A DNA stretch of 64,000 bases, taken from Octopus vulgaris. Taxonomy: Eukaryota. Positions 50,930-64,000 of this stretch are shown piece after piece (within the stretch, counting starts at the first letter, position 1; every line of letters starts with the position of its first letter). A program made the position numbers and the translations under genes. Location of the stretch: contig OX597814.1 of assembly GCA_951406725.2 (NCBI GenBank), positions 4,588,001 through 4,652,000 of the forward strand, read 5' to 3'. Under the pieces are notes generated by a model. It worked only from the letters and a program-made list of their open reading frames with translations. It made no database searches and was not told where the DNA came from.

Positions 50930-51270
50930 TAACTGATAATGTGTGTCTGTCTGTTTCCCTAAAACTTGAGAACTACACAACCAATTTCATTCAAATTTTA
51001 CACATGCCTTACTTGGGCAAAAAATCTTTTAACTTCTTGCCTAGGGCGAGCCAATATCAATATCATATCTTCTCCACTATGAATCCCTATAACTTGAGAA
51101 CTACAAAACCAATTTCATTCAAATTTTAGACATGCCTTACTTAGGGTCCATGTAGTGTCATGGGTAAAAAATGTTTAACTTCTTGCCTAGGGCGGGCCCA
51201 CAGCAATATCATATCTTCTCCACTATTTCAGTATTACGTGTTAAAAGTGAAATAAAAACAGCTCTCTGTG
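50930..51270 (+). mobile_element. Helitron-like 5' fragment with internal duplication
   Basis: gtgtgtctgtctg..accaatttcattcaaatttta repeated twice; a hairpin-CTAG end lies just upstream at 50881-50909. Confidence 0.55.
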
Positions 51271-51358
<88 letters not shown>

Positions 51359-51490
51359 TTTACTTTGATACTTCGATAGTCTCTTATATATATATATATA
51401 TACTTTACTTTGATACTTTGATAGTCTCGGCCATTATTGGCCCAGGCCATGTCTAACTTAATAGCACCACCAGGTGAAGTCTTTCAAGTC

Positions 51491-52144
51491 AGAATACTAC
51501 CTTACATATCCACATACAACCCCAGAAACAAAGAAGCCTTCTCCATCATCTCCCAGAATTTACCAATACTTCATAAGGACCCCAAATTAAAGGAAATTCT
51601 AAACATACACCAAATCATTAAAAGCTACAAACAACCTAAATCACTTAAAAAGATTCTCACAAAGGCAAAATTGTTTTCTGAAATTACGGATGCAAAAGTT
51701 TAAAAATGTGGTAGACCGAACTGTGCAACATGTCCAAACCTGCTAGAAGGATCAGAATTCCTCTTCAAAGAGGGACAGAAATTCAAGATCAAATCTAATT
51801 TTACTTGTGCCTCTGAAAACATAATTTATGTCATAAAATGCTCGGGCTGCCACCAAGACTACGTGGGATCCACGGGACTATCACTCAGACGTAGATGCAC
51901 ACTGCATCGACAACAGATTGCATTCCCAGAATACAGAATGATACCCTTTAGTGAGCACATTGAGAAATGCGCATAGCAACTACTACCACAATTTTTAATC
52001 TTTCCATTCTACCAATGTGCTATCGGAACACCAACACAAATTAGACTAAACAAGGAAACATTCTTCATTGAAAAATACAAGCCCAAACTTAACCATTCCA
52101 ACATACTTATACAGAGAAACTCAATCCAAAAGAAAGGCAAATAA
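51491..52144 (+). pseudogene. Penelope-like element C-terminus with GIY-YIG endonuclease (two in-frame stops)
   Basis: PYISTYNP, CGRPNCATC, FTCASENIIYVIKCSGCHQDYVGSTGLSLRRRCTLH, ETFFIEKYKPKLN; stops at 51701 and 51974. Confidence 0.9.
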
Positions 52145-52697
52145 TTTTAAGCGATTATCTCCCTTACACCGGAAGAAATCACTTATTATCTAGTTCTCCG
52201 CTCAACGTAAACATAACGATTTAAGAAATTTGAAAAGCTGAACGCGAAACCGGTCATTTCTTCTAAATTATGTCATTGTATGAAAAAAATTTATAACATT
52301 CTTCAGACATATTGACTCAAATATATATTTTTTAACCTTTTAAAACAAGCCTTCTGTAGTTTTTTCACTTTTTACTATTTTCTATATATTCAACCACGTG
52401 CTTTCACATACCAACTTTCTTACCTATATATATATATATATGTTCTTAAAACAATCCGAACATTAACATTAGTTATACAGAATATATTCACACCCTTTGG
52501 TTTTCAGTAATTCTTCCCCTACCAGATTTAACCGCAGTCTGACCTCGATTTATTCCAACGGACTTTTTCGTCGGCCTTCACACACCCTGACGTCAACGCA
52601 CATTGAGAGACAGTTTTGTGCCATACCATGGGCTCCTGGGGAGCGTTTTGTTCGAATAGCTTGCTGCGCATTTGTTTTGGAGATTTAAATTCCTGGA

Positions 52698-52781
52698 TTT
52701 TCCTGAAGAGAAAGTTGCAAAATGGTCTCCTTATTCAATCCGAATTTGGAAATTTGCAGCCTTTGAAACATGTGTAGAAAA
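52698..52781 (+). ncRNA. Hammerhead ribozyme motif in the 3' region of the Penelope-like element
   Basis: ttttc-CTGAAGA-gaaagttgcaaa..tttgcagccttt-GAAA-C-ATGT-G-TA-gaaaa; degenerate second motif at 52225-52260. Confidence 0.72.
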
Positions 52782-52868
52782 TAATAAAAGGAATTTTGTA
52801 GAATCTTCGTTCAGCTCCATTTCTTCCCTTCACTAAATATATATATATATATATATATAAATATATAT

Positions 52869-52972
52869 ATATCTTATAAGCAAGGGCTAAAGAAGGTTAT
52901 TCTAAAGCCAATATACTGATATCAGTATATTGGCTTTAGAATAACCTTCTTTAGCCCTTGCTTATAAGATAT
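52869..52972. repeat. Perfect ~104 bp palindrome beside (TA)n
   Basis: Centre ctgat|atcag at 52920/52921. Confidence 0.92.
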
Positions 52973-53289
52973 TTATAATTTTTAACCGTAAAGGTTCTTT
53001 TAATATACTGCAACAATTCCTGATGGAGTTTTTTTCTGTAGAGAAAAAGCTTCATCCTTTTTAATAGTATATATATGAATATATATGTATATACATGTAT
53101 ATATATAGATGTATATGTATACATGTATTGTATAGATGTATTTCTATAGATATACATGTATATGTATACATGTATGTCTAGATGTATATATATATAGATG
53201 TACATGTAATATGTACACATATATATACACATATATACATGCATACATATATACACCCATACACACACACACTCACACACACATACATA

Positions 53290-53610
53290 GGTGCAGGTAT
53301 GGCTGTGTGGTAACAAACTTGGTTCCAAAGCACATGTTCCTCAGTTCAGTCCCACTGTGTGGTAACTTGGCACGTGTCTTCTGCTAAAGCCTCAGACCAA
53401 CCAAAGCCTTGTCAGTGGATTTTGTAGACAGAAACTGAAAGAAATCAATTGCATGTATATATATGTAAGTATATATGTAAGTCTATGTGTGTGTCTTCAT
53501 GCTTCTCCCTCATCACTGCTTCACAATTGGTGTTCGTTTGTTTACATCCCCATAACTTACTGGTTTCACAAGAAGAAACTGATAGAATAAGTATCAGGCT
53601 TATCAAAATA
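53290..53610 (+). mobile_element. SINE family A, old copy
   Basis: Diverged match. Confidence 0.8.
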
Positions 53611-53688
53611 TAAAAAAGCACTACGTAGTGTCTCATATTTTTGTTTGCCCACTAAGTTGTATCTATCAATTTATCTTTGTGTGTGTGT

Positions 53689-54116
<428 letters not shown>

Positions 54117-54120
54117 TTTT

Positions 54121-54139
<19 letters not shown>

Positions 54140-54155
<16 letters not shown>

Positions 54156-54521
54156 TCAACTTGTGTGTCTGTGTGTGTATCTGTGTGTGTGTCTGTGTGT
54201 TTAACTTCCCGGCACATCTCCTCCTAGCCAACAAATCGTAGAACCACCAAAAATGGGTCACTTAAAGTTTAGGCGGATAAAAATTGAACTGCGCTATTTC
54301 TGTTCCGAAAATTCATCTCGCAAGTGCAAAAATCGATAATGTGTTTGTTTGGGCCTTATCCCATGCATTGAATAGTGAATAGTGAACTTTTTGACTGCTG
54401 TGTCGCCATTTTTCGGGTTTTCAACTGGAAAAAAGTTGCATAATGCAAAATTTTTACTTTTCAAAAATTCCAATTCTAAAGGGTCGAAACAAACCCAAGA
54501 AACACCGGGTGATACTACTTG
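54140..54521 (+). mobile_element. Diverged non-autonomous Helitron-like element
   Basis: Ends aacccaagaaacaccgggtgatactacttg|t, a variant of the hairpin-CTAG end. Confidence 0.6.
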
Positions 54522-54525
54522 TATG

Positions 54526-54594
<69 letters not shown>

Positions 54595-54659
54595 TTCGTA
54601 GACAGGACTGAACACAAATCAATCGTATATATATGTATGTATATATGTAAGTGTATGTG

Positions 54660-55570
54660 TTTGGGTATTGGCAACATGAATGACAATGGTCAGAGACTAC
54701 TTGAATTTTGCACATACCATAACCCGTGCATCACCAACACATTCTTTGGCAGCAAGACATCCCACAAGGAATCTTGGAGACATCCTATATCTCAGCACTG
54801 GCATCAGCTGGATCTCATCATTACACGAAGATCCTTTCTGAATTCTGTTCAACTGACCCGTAGTTACCCCAGTGCGGATTGTGACATACATTATTCACTA
54901 ATAAGAAGCAGGGTGAGGATTCTGCCTAACAAAGTCCATCACTCCAAGAAAATGGGCCGACCACGCATTAACACTGCCAGAACCTCGGACCCTACAGTGC
55001 GAAAATGTTTTGCTGTTTCCATCAAGGTTGCCCTCAGTAGCTGCCCAACCTCCTCTGCTGAAAGTAGGTGGAATTATATCAGGGAAGCTTTGTATACCAC
55101 ATCAATAGATACTTTCGGCATGAGAGAAAGGCAAAACCCAGATTGGTTCAGTGCTGGGCTCTCAGAGCTGGAAACAGTTATCGAAGCAAAGCGTGCAGCT
55201 CTGATGCAATACAAGAGTGATTCTTCTACAAAGTCACTCGAAGAACTCAGAAAGGCAAGAAATAAAACCCAACTGACTGCCAGACGCTGTGAAAATAGGT
55301 ATTGGCAGGAAATCTGTCAGAGTATCCAGTCAGCTGCTGACAGTGGCGACAACCTTGGGATGTATGCCGGTTTGAAGAAGGCCCTCGGTCCATCCGCAAC
55401 CAAGTCAGCCCCTCTGAAATCAACTACTGGAGATCTCATCAAGGACCAAAGCAAGCAAATGGATAGATGGGTGGAGTACTACCAGGATCTCTACCCACGG
55501 GAGACGACTGTAGCTGAGGCTGCAATCGAAGGTGTCAAGATCTTGCCAGTCATGTGTGAACTTGACAGTC

Positions 55571-55577
<7 letters not shown>
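54660..55577 (+). pseudogene. RTE-clade LINE ORF fragment (endonuclease C-terminal half plus linker)
   Basis: [45 protein letters not shown]; both ends in microsatellites. Confidence 0.88.
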
Positions 55578-55653
<76 letters not shown>

Positions 55654-55707
55654 GCAGACTGTCAAGTTCACACACACATACATACATACATATATATACA
55701 TACATAT

Positions 55708-55779
<72 letters not shown>

Positions 55780-55787
<8 letters not shown>

Positions 55788-56155
55788 GGCAGTGTGTCTG
55801 TGTGTGTGACTGTGTGTCTGTTAGGTTGTACCCTCACCCTAACCATGGCTTTCAACCGATTCTGATGAAACTTGATACACACATAGCCCAATGTCATAAT
55901 TCAAAACTAACGCAGCGAAAATTTTGAAAAGTTCCCCCAGTTCTGAAAAAGATCGATAAATTCGACATGGGGTCGACAATCAGAAACACAAACCACAGAC
56001 TGTCTAGGGGACGCAACTCGACCGTTTTTAACTCTCAAAAAAAATTTACCATCATTTTTCTTCCATTTTTTTGCTATTTTTTGGCTATAACTATCTTAAA
56101 ATGCTTTATAGTTATTTCCCTTACAAACCCGAGCAACGCCGGGCGATACTGCTAG
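55780..56155 (+). mobile_element. Non-autonomous Helitron-like element
   Basis: Near identical to 17640-18009; hairpin plus CTAG. Confidence 0.82.
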
Positions 56156-57489
56156 TATATATATAAAACCCTAACGGGAGCCTTAACTCCCAAATTTTAG
56201 TCATTTCTTTTTTGATCCAAAACTAGGTCAAAAGTACTGAATGAATCTTTATGAAATTTGGAAATTATATTCTATGCATAAGGGCCATAACCCCCATGAC
56301 AATTCATATATTTTTGCTGTTGATGAAATTTTAACCATAGATATTAGACACAAATGATGTAATATTTATAAAATTCCATCTTCATACAAGTTATAAAGAC
56401 CCCACCATGGGGACTTAACATCCACAATTTTGTCATTTTATCAAAGCAAAAACGAATACAGTTGTGCTCTTGGAAGCTGTAGGGTTACCCGAGCATAAAA
56501 GTTGAGCATTATTTGTAATTCAATGGTACAACAGTGTAAGAGTTTGCTTTGACATACACTTAAATTGTGATTTCTGCAATGTGGTGCATAAATTGTCAAG
56601 TAAATGAGAGGCATCTTTGCCTCCACTGATTCAGTTGCAAAGTGTTGAGTAAAGTTATTTGATTGCAGACCTCCTTTCAGTCTTTTTATTATCACTCGGT
56701 CACACATAATCCCCAGATGGTAACATTGATTTCAAGGCCTTCCCAGATGAGTGACTGGTTATTCAAAGACATTTATAGATTGTAAATTTATTCTGTCCAG
56801 TTACATATCAGTATAGTGGTCATTTGCAAACTCCAGAGGTGACACTTTAATTTCTCCTTAACCCTCACGTCACACAGTTGTTAATGTTTATTTCAGTTGG
56901 ATCACGCCCTTCCAATTGCTATAGATTCGTAATGCATCTTACGGCTGTGCCTGTCACCTGGGTGGTGAGGAATCCTACATTGGGAGTGGTAACGACTAGG
57001 GTAGGGTAACTGACTGCTTATTGTGATCATTCGTCTTTTGGTTTCCTGTAGCTTTGCTCTCTTTTACAAACCCAGTGAACATATATTTCCTATTTCAAAG
57101 AAATTCAAACAATATATATAAGACCCAAGTAAAAAAAATTCTCAACAAGTCAACTTCTCTGGTTGACATTAAGATGCCCCCCCCCCAACAGGAGCCTTAA
57201 CTCTCACATTTTAGGGCTCTATGACCTTCATTTTTCAGGGGCAAAATCTTTTTAAAAGGTTCAATAAGACTGGAATTTTGGAATAAGCGCATAAAAATCA
57301 GTAGTATGGGATATATGTGGCACGATTACAATTTTTTTTTGGGGGGGGGGTGTAAAGAGGGAAATAACCCTCATCTGCAATTTTGATGAAATTCGAAACA
57401 TAGATATTCCAGTTCATTACAGAAAATATGACAGAAAAGTCTAATTCTTCAATTGCATGTAACACGGGCAACGCCGGGTACCTCTGCTA

Positions 57490-57490
<1 letters not shown>
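56156..57490 (+). mobile_element. Longer Helitron-like element in tandem with the previous one
   Basis: Ends cgggcaacgccgggtacctctgCTAG|t; internal ggagccttaactc repeats. Confidence 0.6.
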
Positions 57491-57545
<55 letters not shown>

Positions 57546-57642
57546 TTGTGTGTGTGTCTGTGTGTGAGTGTACGTGCATGTGTGTATGTGTGAGTGTGTG
57601 AGAGTGAGTATTATGTGCGCGTGTGTGTGTGAGGGTGTATGA

Positions 57643-57674
<32 letters not shown>

Positions 57675-58350
57675 GTTTGATAAGGCAAATAGATAAGAAT
57701 CTGAAAACAGAACCAGATTTCAAACGTTCCTTTGTCATTAGAGCTGGAATAATTTTTTTCTTGCTGGTAGCAGTGTGACATAAGTTCCGATTTTATATAC
57801 AACTGAGGTGGGGTGGGGGAGGTAGGAGTATACGGGTGTGTTGATGTATTGGTGTATGGAAGGGCCATGCTAAGTGCGTGTGTGCATGTTGAATGTGTGT
57901 GAAATGTGCTGGAGTTCTGGAGTTGTGGTTATTTTCAGGAAAAGAAACTCATTTTTTAACTTTTTACCTTTTATTTTCAGTCATTAGACTGCGGCCGTGC
58001 TGGGGCACTGCCTTCAAGAATTTTTAATCGGTGGCTTGAAATATGGGTAAATGGGAGGAGGAGGAGGAGGAGGAGGAGGAATTTATTAGGGTGAGTTTGC
58101 TGATGAGATTTTGTGTGAATGTGTGAATGTGTGTATACACACCGGTTTCTGTATATATATATATATATTGGAAGGACCAACCACGCAGGCTTAAACAGGT
58201 GTATAGTCACGCGCAAATATAGACAAATACACTCAAATGTATCGTCTTTTCGAGGCTCAGCCTCTCATTTATATTGATTGGCTTCTTTAAAGAGAAAACA
58301 AAAAGGTCTTTTGTAGCTATTTGCATGGACTTCCTTACTTCCCTCACAGA

Positions 58351-58620
58351 TAATATTATGAAATCATAAGTTTTTTATTTAATCTTGCGTAGAAGCAGGT
58401 TGATACAGTTTTACAGTTATACAGTAGAGTCTAAGCAAAATTAAATCAAAAACATATGATTTCACAACATTGAATCATAATTAGTGAAGTGAAACCGGTC
58501 GACGTATTGTAATGGGTTAAATAACCTTTATCTACACAAACAAGATTTCTGTGCTTTTTCACCTTAAATCTTATTTTATATTTACAACCACATGGAATAT
58601 CCCTCCGAATTTTTCACCAA
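58351..58620 (+). mobile_element. Penelope-like terminal-repeat fragment; inverted copy at 61172-61447
   Basis: gaaaccggtc hammerhead-type tail; ends at (TA)n; close rc match. Confidence 0.6.
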
Positions 58621-59357
58621 TATATATATAGGTCCTATTTACCTTTCGATTATTCATTTGTTTCTTTGTCTTCTCCAGGTGAGTCCATTCCCTACATTTC
58701 TTCCTTCTACTTACGGCTTATTTGGTCAATAATGTTTCTTTACAACCGAGGCGACAAAACTGCTGCCACACCGGAAGCACAAAATGCTGAGCGGTATTTC
58801 GTCCGTCTTAATGTCCCGACTTTATATTCAACCGAGATCCACTTTGCCTTCCATTCTTTCGAGGACGATAAAATAAGAACATGTTGAACCCTACGGTGGG
58901 TCTAACTGACTTTACCCTTCCCTCGAAATTGCTGGCCTTGTGCCAAAAGGTGACACTCATCATTTATGTTACCATCCAAATGAACATTTGCAATATTCTT
59001 TCTGCGTTTCTCGCAATTCCATTTTAACTCATATAATTATTCATCCTCCGCCATATTTCTAAGGTACAGACGACATGCACCTTTAGCGTTGTATAGTTTG
59101 TTTTGTTTTTCTATTGAAATATTTGGTTATTTTTCCAATTCTTTCAAGAAGTCCTTAAACATTTTTGTTTACACTTTTGATTTACTCAACCTGATATATT
59201 TTGTTGTTGCGTTCTGAGGGGAGGAGACGTGGTCAAACATAGCCATTGGCCCATGGAAGCATAGGGTTGCCACGTCTATACTCTAAAGACAACCTCTTTG
59301 AGGCCGAGATTGATACTCTTTACCACATTTGAGTCTCCAGCTCTTTTTAGCCTGGAG

Positions 59358-59389
<32 letters not shown>

Positions 59390-59837
59390 TGCTTTGTTGT
59401 TAAATATTTTTGTATAAAATATTTCGTTATTGTTTGTTTATCTGTGTAACAGTGTGTTTGGTTCTTCCTCTAACGTGAACGCCCACAAGAATTTGGAACA
59501 GAATTTCGAAAATTTTGTAAACAAGAACAGTATTTTAGAAGAATCAAATTTGACAGGCGGGGTAAAAAATGATGTGATAACCTTCAAATAAGCCAACTCA
59601 GACGTTTGCACGACACAGAAAAAAGAAACCAAAAGAAAAAAAAATCTTTAACTATTTTACAAACAACAACAAACGAAGACGGCATCAAGCGCAGGAATTT
59701 CTTTTTTGCTACAGTCACATGCCAAAAACTGGTTCCGAATACAAGTCATCTTCCAGAAAACAGCTCAAGTGACGAAATTTTCTGTCTTCTTGCCCCGCGA
59801 TTTCATCGAGAAAATATGAAATTTGATTCAGATGGAA

Positions 59838-60192
59838 GACGCAGGCGTGGCTGTGTGGTAAGTGCTTTGCTTCCCAACTCCATGGTTCCAGGTTCAGTCT
59901 CAGTGTCAAGTGTCTTCAAGAAAAGCCTTGTGAGCAGATTTGATAGATGGAACTGAAAGACACCTGACGCGTGCATATAAGTATATATCTGTCTGTGTGT
60001 CTTTGTGTCTGTGTTTGTCCCTCAAAACTACTTGACAACTGGCGTTGGTGTGTTTTCGTCCCCGTAACTTAGCAGCTCGGCAGAAGAGATAGATAGATAG
60101 AATAAGAATCATGATTTTTTAAAATAAGTACTTGGGTTGATTCGTTTGTCTAAAATTCTTGCACGCGGTGCCCCAGCGTGGCCGCAGACTAA
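59838..60192 (+). mobile_element. SINE family A, old copy
   Basis: Diverged match. Confidence 0.78.
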
Positions 60193-60194
60193 TG

Positions 60195-60436
60195 AGAGTC
60201 ATATTGTCTTAATGGCTGATTATTTAACACACTCACTGGTTCGATTTCCACTCATTTATTATTTATATTTTTCTTCCAAAACTTTCGTTGCTTTTGCAAA
60301 CTTGTCAATGGTTGTTGAGAGTCATCTACTGGCTAGGTTGCAAAACCAACGAAAACTTTTGTAGAAAAAAAAAACAAATGAGTGGAAATCGAACCGGTGA
60401 GTGTGTTAGGTAATAAGGTATTAAAACAATATGATT
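60195..60436. mobile_element. MITE-like imperfect palindrome
   Basis: taacacactcactggttcgatttccactcattt mirrored by aaatgagtggaaatcgaaccggtgagtgtgtta. Confidence 0.7.
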
Positions 60437-60573
60437 CTTCCCAGAAACAACAAAATTTGCTTCAAAACACGAGTTCACATAAAGAATCTTGTAAACCAGG
60501 TACAAAAACGAAGTATATATAAATATATACATTATATATAACGAAGTATATATAAATATATACATGATACATA

Positions 60574-60985
60574 GGCGCAGGTTGGCTGTGTGGTAAGTAG
60601 CTTGCTAACCAACCACATGGTTCCGGGTTCAGTCCCACTGCGTGGCATCTTGGGCAAGTGTCTTCTGCTATAGCCCCGGGCCGACCAATGCCTTGTGAGT
60701 GGATTTGGTAGACGGAAACTGAAAGAAGCCTGTCGTATATATGTGTATATATATGTATGTGTGTTTGTTTGTGTGTCTGTGTTTTCCCCCTAGCATTGCT
60801 TGACAACCGATGCTGGTGTGTTTATGTCCCCGTTACTTAGCGGTTCGGCAAAAGAGACCGATAGCATAAGTACTGGGCTTACAAAAAAAGAATAAGTCCC
60901 GGGGTCGAGTCGCTCGACTAAAGGCGGTGCTCCAGCATGGCCGCAGTCAAAGGACTGAAACAAGTAAAAGAGTAAAAAGAGAGTA
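60574..60985 (+). mobile_element. SINE family A, full length
   Basis: Head to tail match. Confidence 0.93.
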
Positions 60986-60989
60986 TGAT

Positions 60990-61170
60990 AGATCGTTAGC
61001 CACTACACACATTTTTTTCTCTCCTTGTTTTTTCTGTGTCCCTTTCTGTAGAAGAGCGTAGGCTCGAAACGTAAAAGACTTTTTCTATTTCTGAACGTTA
61101 TACTAATACATCTGTTTGTTTTGTACACCACCTGTCTTCGTCTTTTGTTCTTTTCGTAAACTCTCCCAAT
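60990..61170 (+). mobile_element. Penelope-like terminal fragment with degenerate hammerhead (61042-61077)
   Basis: cttt-CTGTAGA-a-gagc-gtag-gctc-GAAA-CG-TA-aaag; homolog of 16610-16800. Confidence 0.6.
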
Positions 61171-61569
61171 ATATATAGGTGAAAAATTCGGAGGGAGATT
61201 CCATGTGGTGGTAAATATAAAATAAGATTTAAGGTGAAAAAGCACAGAAATCTTGTTTGTGTAGATAAAGGTTATTTAACCCATTACAATACGTCAACCG
61301 GTTTCACTTCACTAATTATGATTCAATGTTGTGAAATCATATGTTTTTGATTTAATTTTGCTTAGACTCTCCTGTATAACTGTAAAACTATATCAACCTG
61401 CTTCTACGCAAGATTAAATCAAAAACTTATTATGATTTCATAATATTGAGGCATGATTAGCAAAGCGAAACCGGTCGACTCTATACATATAGTGATGGAT
61501 TAAAAAATCTTTATCTACACAAACAAGATTTCTGTGCTTTTCACATTAAAACTTATTTTATATATATTA

Positions 61570-61813
61570 TACATATAAAAGGCAATTTCTGTCTATTACC
61601 ATGTTGGTGCCTATACCAGCGAATCAATGTTCACGAAACTTTGCATACATGTTAAACTAACATCCAGTTCAATTATAGGCTAATTGAATTTCAATAAAAA
61701 TCGATAATCGGCCCTAAAACTCGATAAGGGGTCCCCTATGGGAGGGTGCAAAAAGCGTTAGGTGAGGGAAATGTGATGACATAGTGAGGGTGGCTGATAT
61801 CAAGGAAGGGGCG

Positions 61814-61865
<52 letters not shown>

Positions 61866-62569
61866 GACACAGGGACAGAGCGGGAGAGAGAGAGAATGTG
61901 TTTACTGAAGGGAACAGCGATTTTTAATACTTTGTTCTTTAATTTTTACCTAACACTTTAGTGAATTAACTATCGTCTACTCAGTCAAAATTGTTACTAT
62001 ATCTCCAACAACATATGTTAATCTAACAAATGAAAAGTAAAGTGTTTTTATATTTGTTTTCAGATCACCGTATTAAGATTTATTAAAACTTTACCAACGT
62101 ACTGAAACAATAAAACTATAGATAACGTCTTTCATTTTCTTCCATTGATGAATGGCCCGTCGTTGTTGTGCAATTTTTACAATAAAATGTCTTATATAAA
62201 TTTTTGCTTATTCCTTGTCAGATCATGCATTCTCCAACCATTGTCAGGACCATTTGATTAGGACAGATTTGTGCAATATTTCGCTATGATAATAATCTAC
62301 CATCAATCAATCGTTTCGCAGTCGCACATTGTCAATCCTCTCACCCGTCCAACCATCCGCCAATTCCACTTTGATATTCCCTTACCATTTCAATCAATCA
62401 ATTTTAAGATTCAATTGTATTCCTTGCCAGTGTTTCTAAATCTATCCCACGTCGTCGTGTATTTGTCAATCTATTTGTAATTTAAACGGAAACCGAACAG
62501 GGAACAGGATAGGACATGGAACTGGAAATAACCCCCGCTTTTCCGGGTATTACCTGGTAACCCAGCTAG
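61570..62569 (+). mobile_element. Helitron-like element
   Basis: tatataaaa start, tgttcacgaaactttgcatacat subterminal motif, 3' hairpin plus CTAG|t. Confidence 0.55.
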
Positions 62570-62579
62570 TATACACACA

Positions 62580-62666
<87 letters not shown>

Positions 62667-63428
62667 GTATATGTATATGTATATATATATATATATGAAT
62701 ATGTGTGTGGGTGTGTATGTGTGAAGGTATATAAGCATGTATGTAAGTGTGTATGTATGTGCATGCGTGCGCATCCATTTACGTCACATTTACTGAAGAA
62801 CGCCGTTTTACTCAATCCTGTTTTTCGGAGCTGTATGTAAGCTTCCTCGAACGTCGTGTCTCGTGATATTTTTATGTAAAATGCTGTTCTACGTATGAGC
62901 CCTTGTGGCCAATAAGTGAAAGGATCATCATCCTCCTCCTCATCATCCTCATCATCATCATCGTGTGGAGCCTCAATAGACGTACAATTCCTAATGAATG
63001 TTAGCGGAAGACCAAAGAAACATTCCGTCGCCGTCAGCAATAAGAGCAGGTCTCGGAGGTCAGAGTTTCTAATATTGTCAGTGGCGGCTGCGAGAATGAC
63101 CAGGAGACTCGTCGTGTTCCTAGCACCCCCTGGTGACCAAGAAGGAGACAATTAGGAAAACAAGAAGACTTCTCTCAGGGGTACCGCCCCATCCTAGAAG
63201 AGGAAAATAGCGAAGAACAGAAAAGTCGATCTGTCAGGGACAGTGGAAAAGGAAGCCCTAATCACATTCAAGAAATTAGTGAGTTTTCTTTAATTATATG
63301 ACTTTTAATTGTCTGTGTCTATCTGTATTCTTTAAATTATTCTCTAATTTCAAAAACAGAGACATTTTAATATGCCTCATTATATTACATAATATATACA
63401 TACACACATACATACATACATACATACA

Positions 63429-63464
<36 letters not shown>

Positions 63465-64000
63465 TACAATATATATATAATATATACATACGTGACCAGC
63501 ATATATACATACGTGACAATAGAGTCGTACGAAATTTAGATATATATACTTATATATAAGAGACCAAAGAATTGCAGATGACTTAAGACCATAAAAATAG
63601 TGAAAGTGAGGAGGGGCAGGAGAACAGGAAGTGTGGGTGGGTGGGCAGAGATTGCAAGAGTGTATGGGAAAGTAAGAGATTGGTAGAGAGAGAGAAGGAT
63701 TGAGAGAGGAATATAATCAAGAACACGTGTTGAGAGATAAGCAGTGAAACAGAGAGGATAGAAGGAAGAGAGGGAGAGAAGACATGATTGGATAAGTTGT
63801 AAAAGTGATGGGTAGGTGTAGTGAATGGGGAGAGAGAGAGAGAGATAGAGAAAGGAGAGATGTTGTGGAGGAGAAAGTGAACAAGGATAAAAACTGAGAA
63901 GGGAAAAGAAGGAAATATAATGAAGAAACAACAAAGGAGAAAATTATAGAATTAATAATTTTACCTTCATTAAATCAAAATGCTGCTTTGTAGGTATTTT

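Noticed and set aside
54382-55785. 467 aa ORF as an intact gene
   Set aside because: Chance fusion of Helitron end, (TA)n and an RTE fragment
62471-63151. 226 aa ORF with acidic DDDDEDDEEE tract as a host exon
   Set aside because: Non-ATG start, acidic run is a trinucleotide repeat, runs into (TG)n and has no recognisable domain; cannot be fully excluded without RNA-seq

Overview
AT-rich, repeat-saturated eukaryotic DNA with no convincing host protein-coding exon and one 100-N assembly gap. It is most likely from an octopus/cephalopod genome, inferred from the tRNA-derived SINE families and the very high (TA)n/(CA)n/(TACA)n density; this is not proven. Most ORFs in the track are microsatellite or SINE artefacts. 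All real coding remnants are transposon-derived: a near full-length L1-superfamily Tx1-type LINE (45.3-50.4 kb), R4/Dong-type LINE pieces at (TAA)n, RTE and CR1-group LINE fragments, a Penelope-like GIY-YIG 3' end, a DD36E Tc1-like transposon, maT/mariner/rosa-like remnants and non-autonomous Helitrons. The most interesting signals are: (1) a tRNA-headed, hammerhead-ribozyme-bearing element with Penelope-style inverted plus tandem architecture at 34.4-35.1 kb; (2) many minimal hammerhead motifs and (TA)n-embedded palindromes; (3) a SINE family ('B') that shares its 3' tail with the Tx1 LINE and appears to insert into older copies of itself, building dimers to heptamers; (4) an apparent 3' transduction linking two SINE 'C' copies. 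SINE labels A/B/C/D are my own. Coordinates were read by eye and ends may be off by a few bases.
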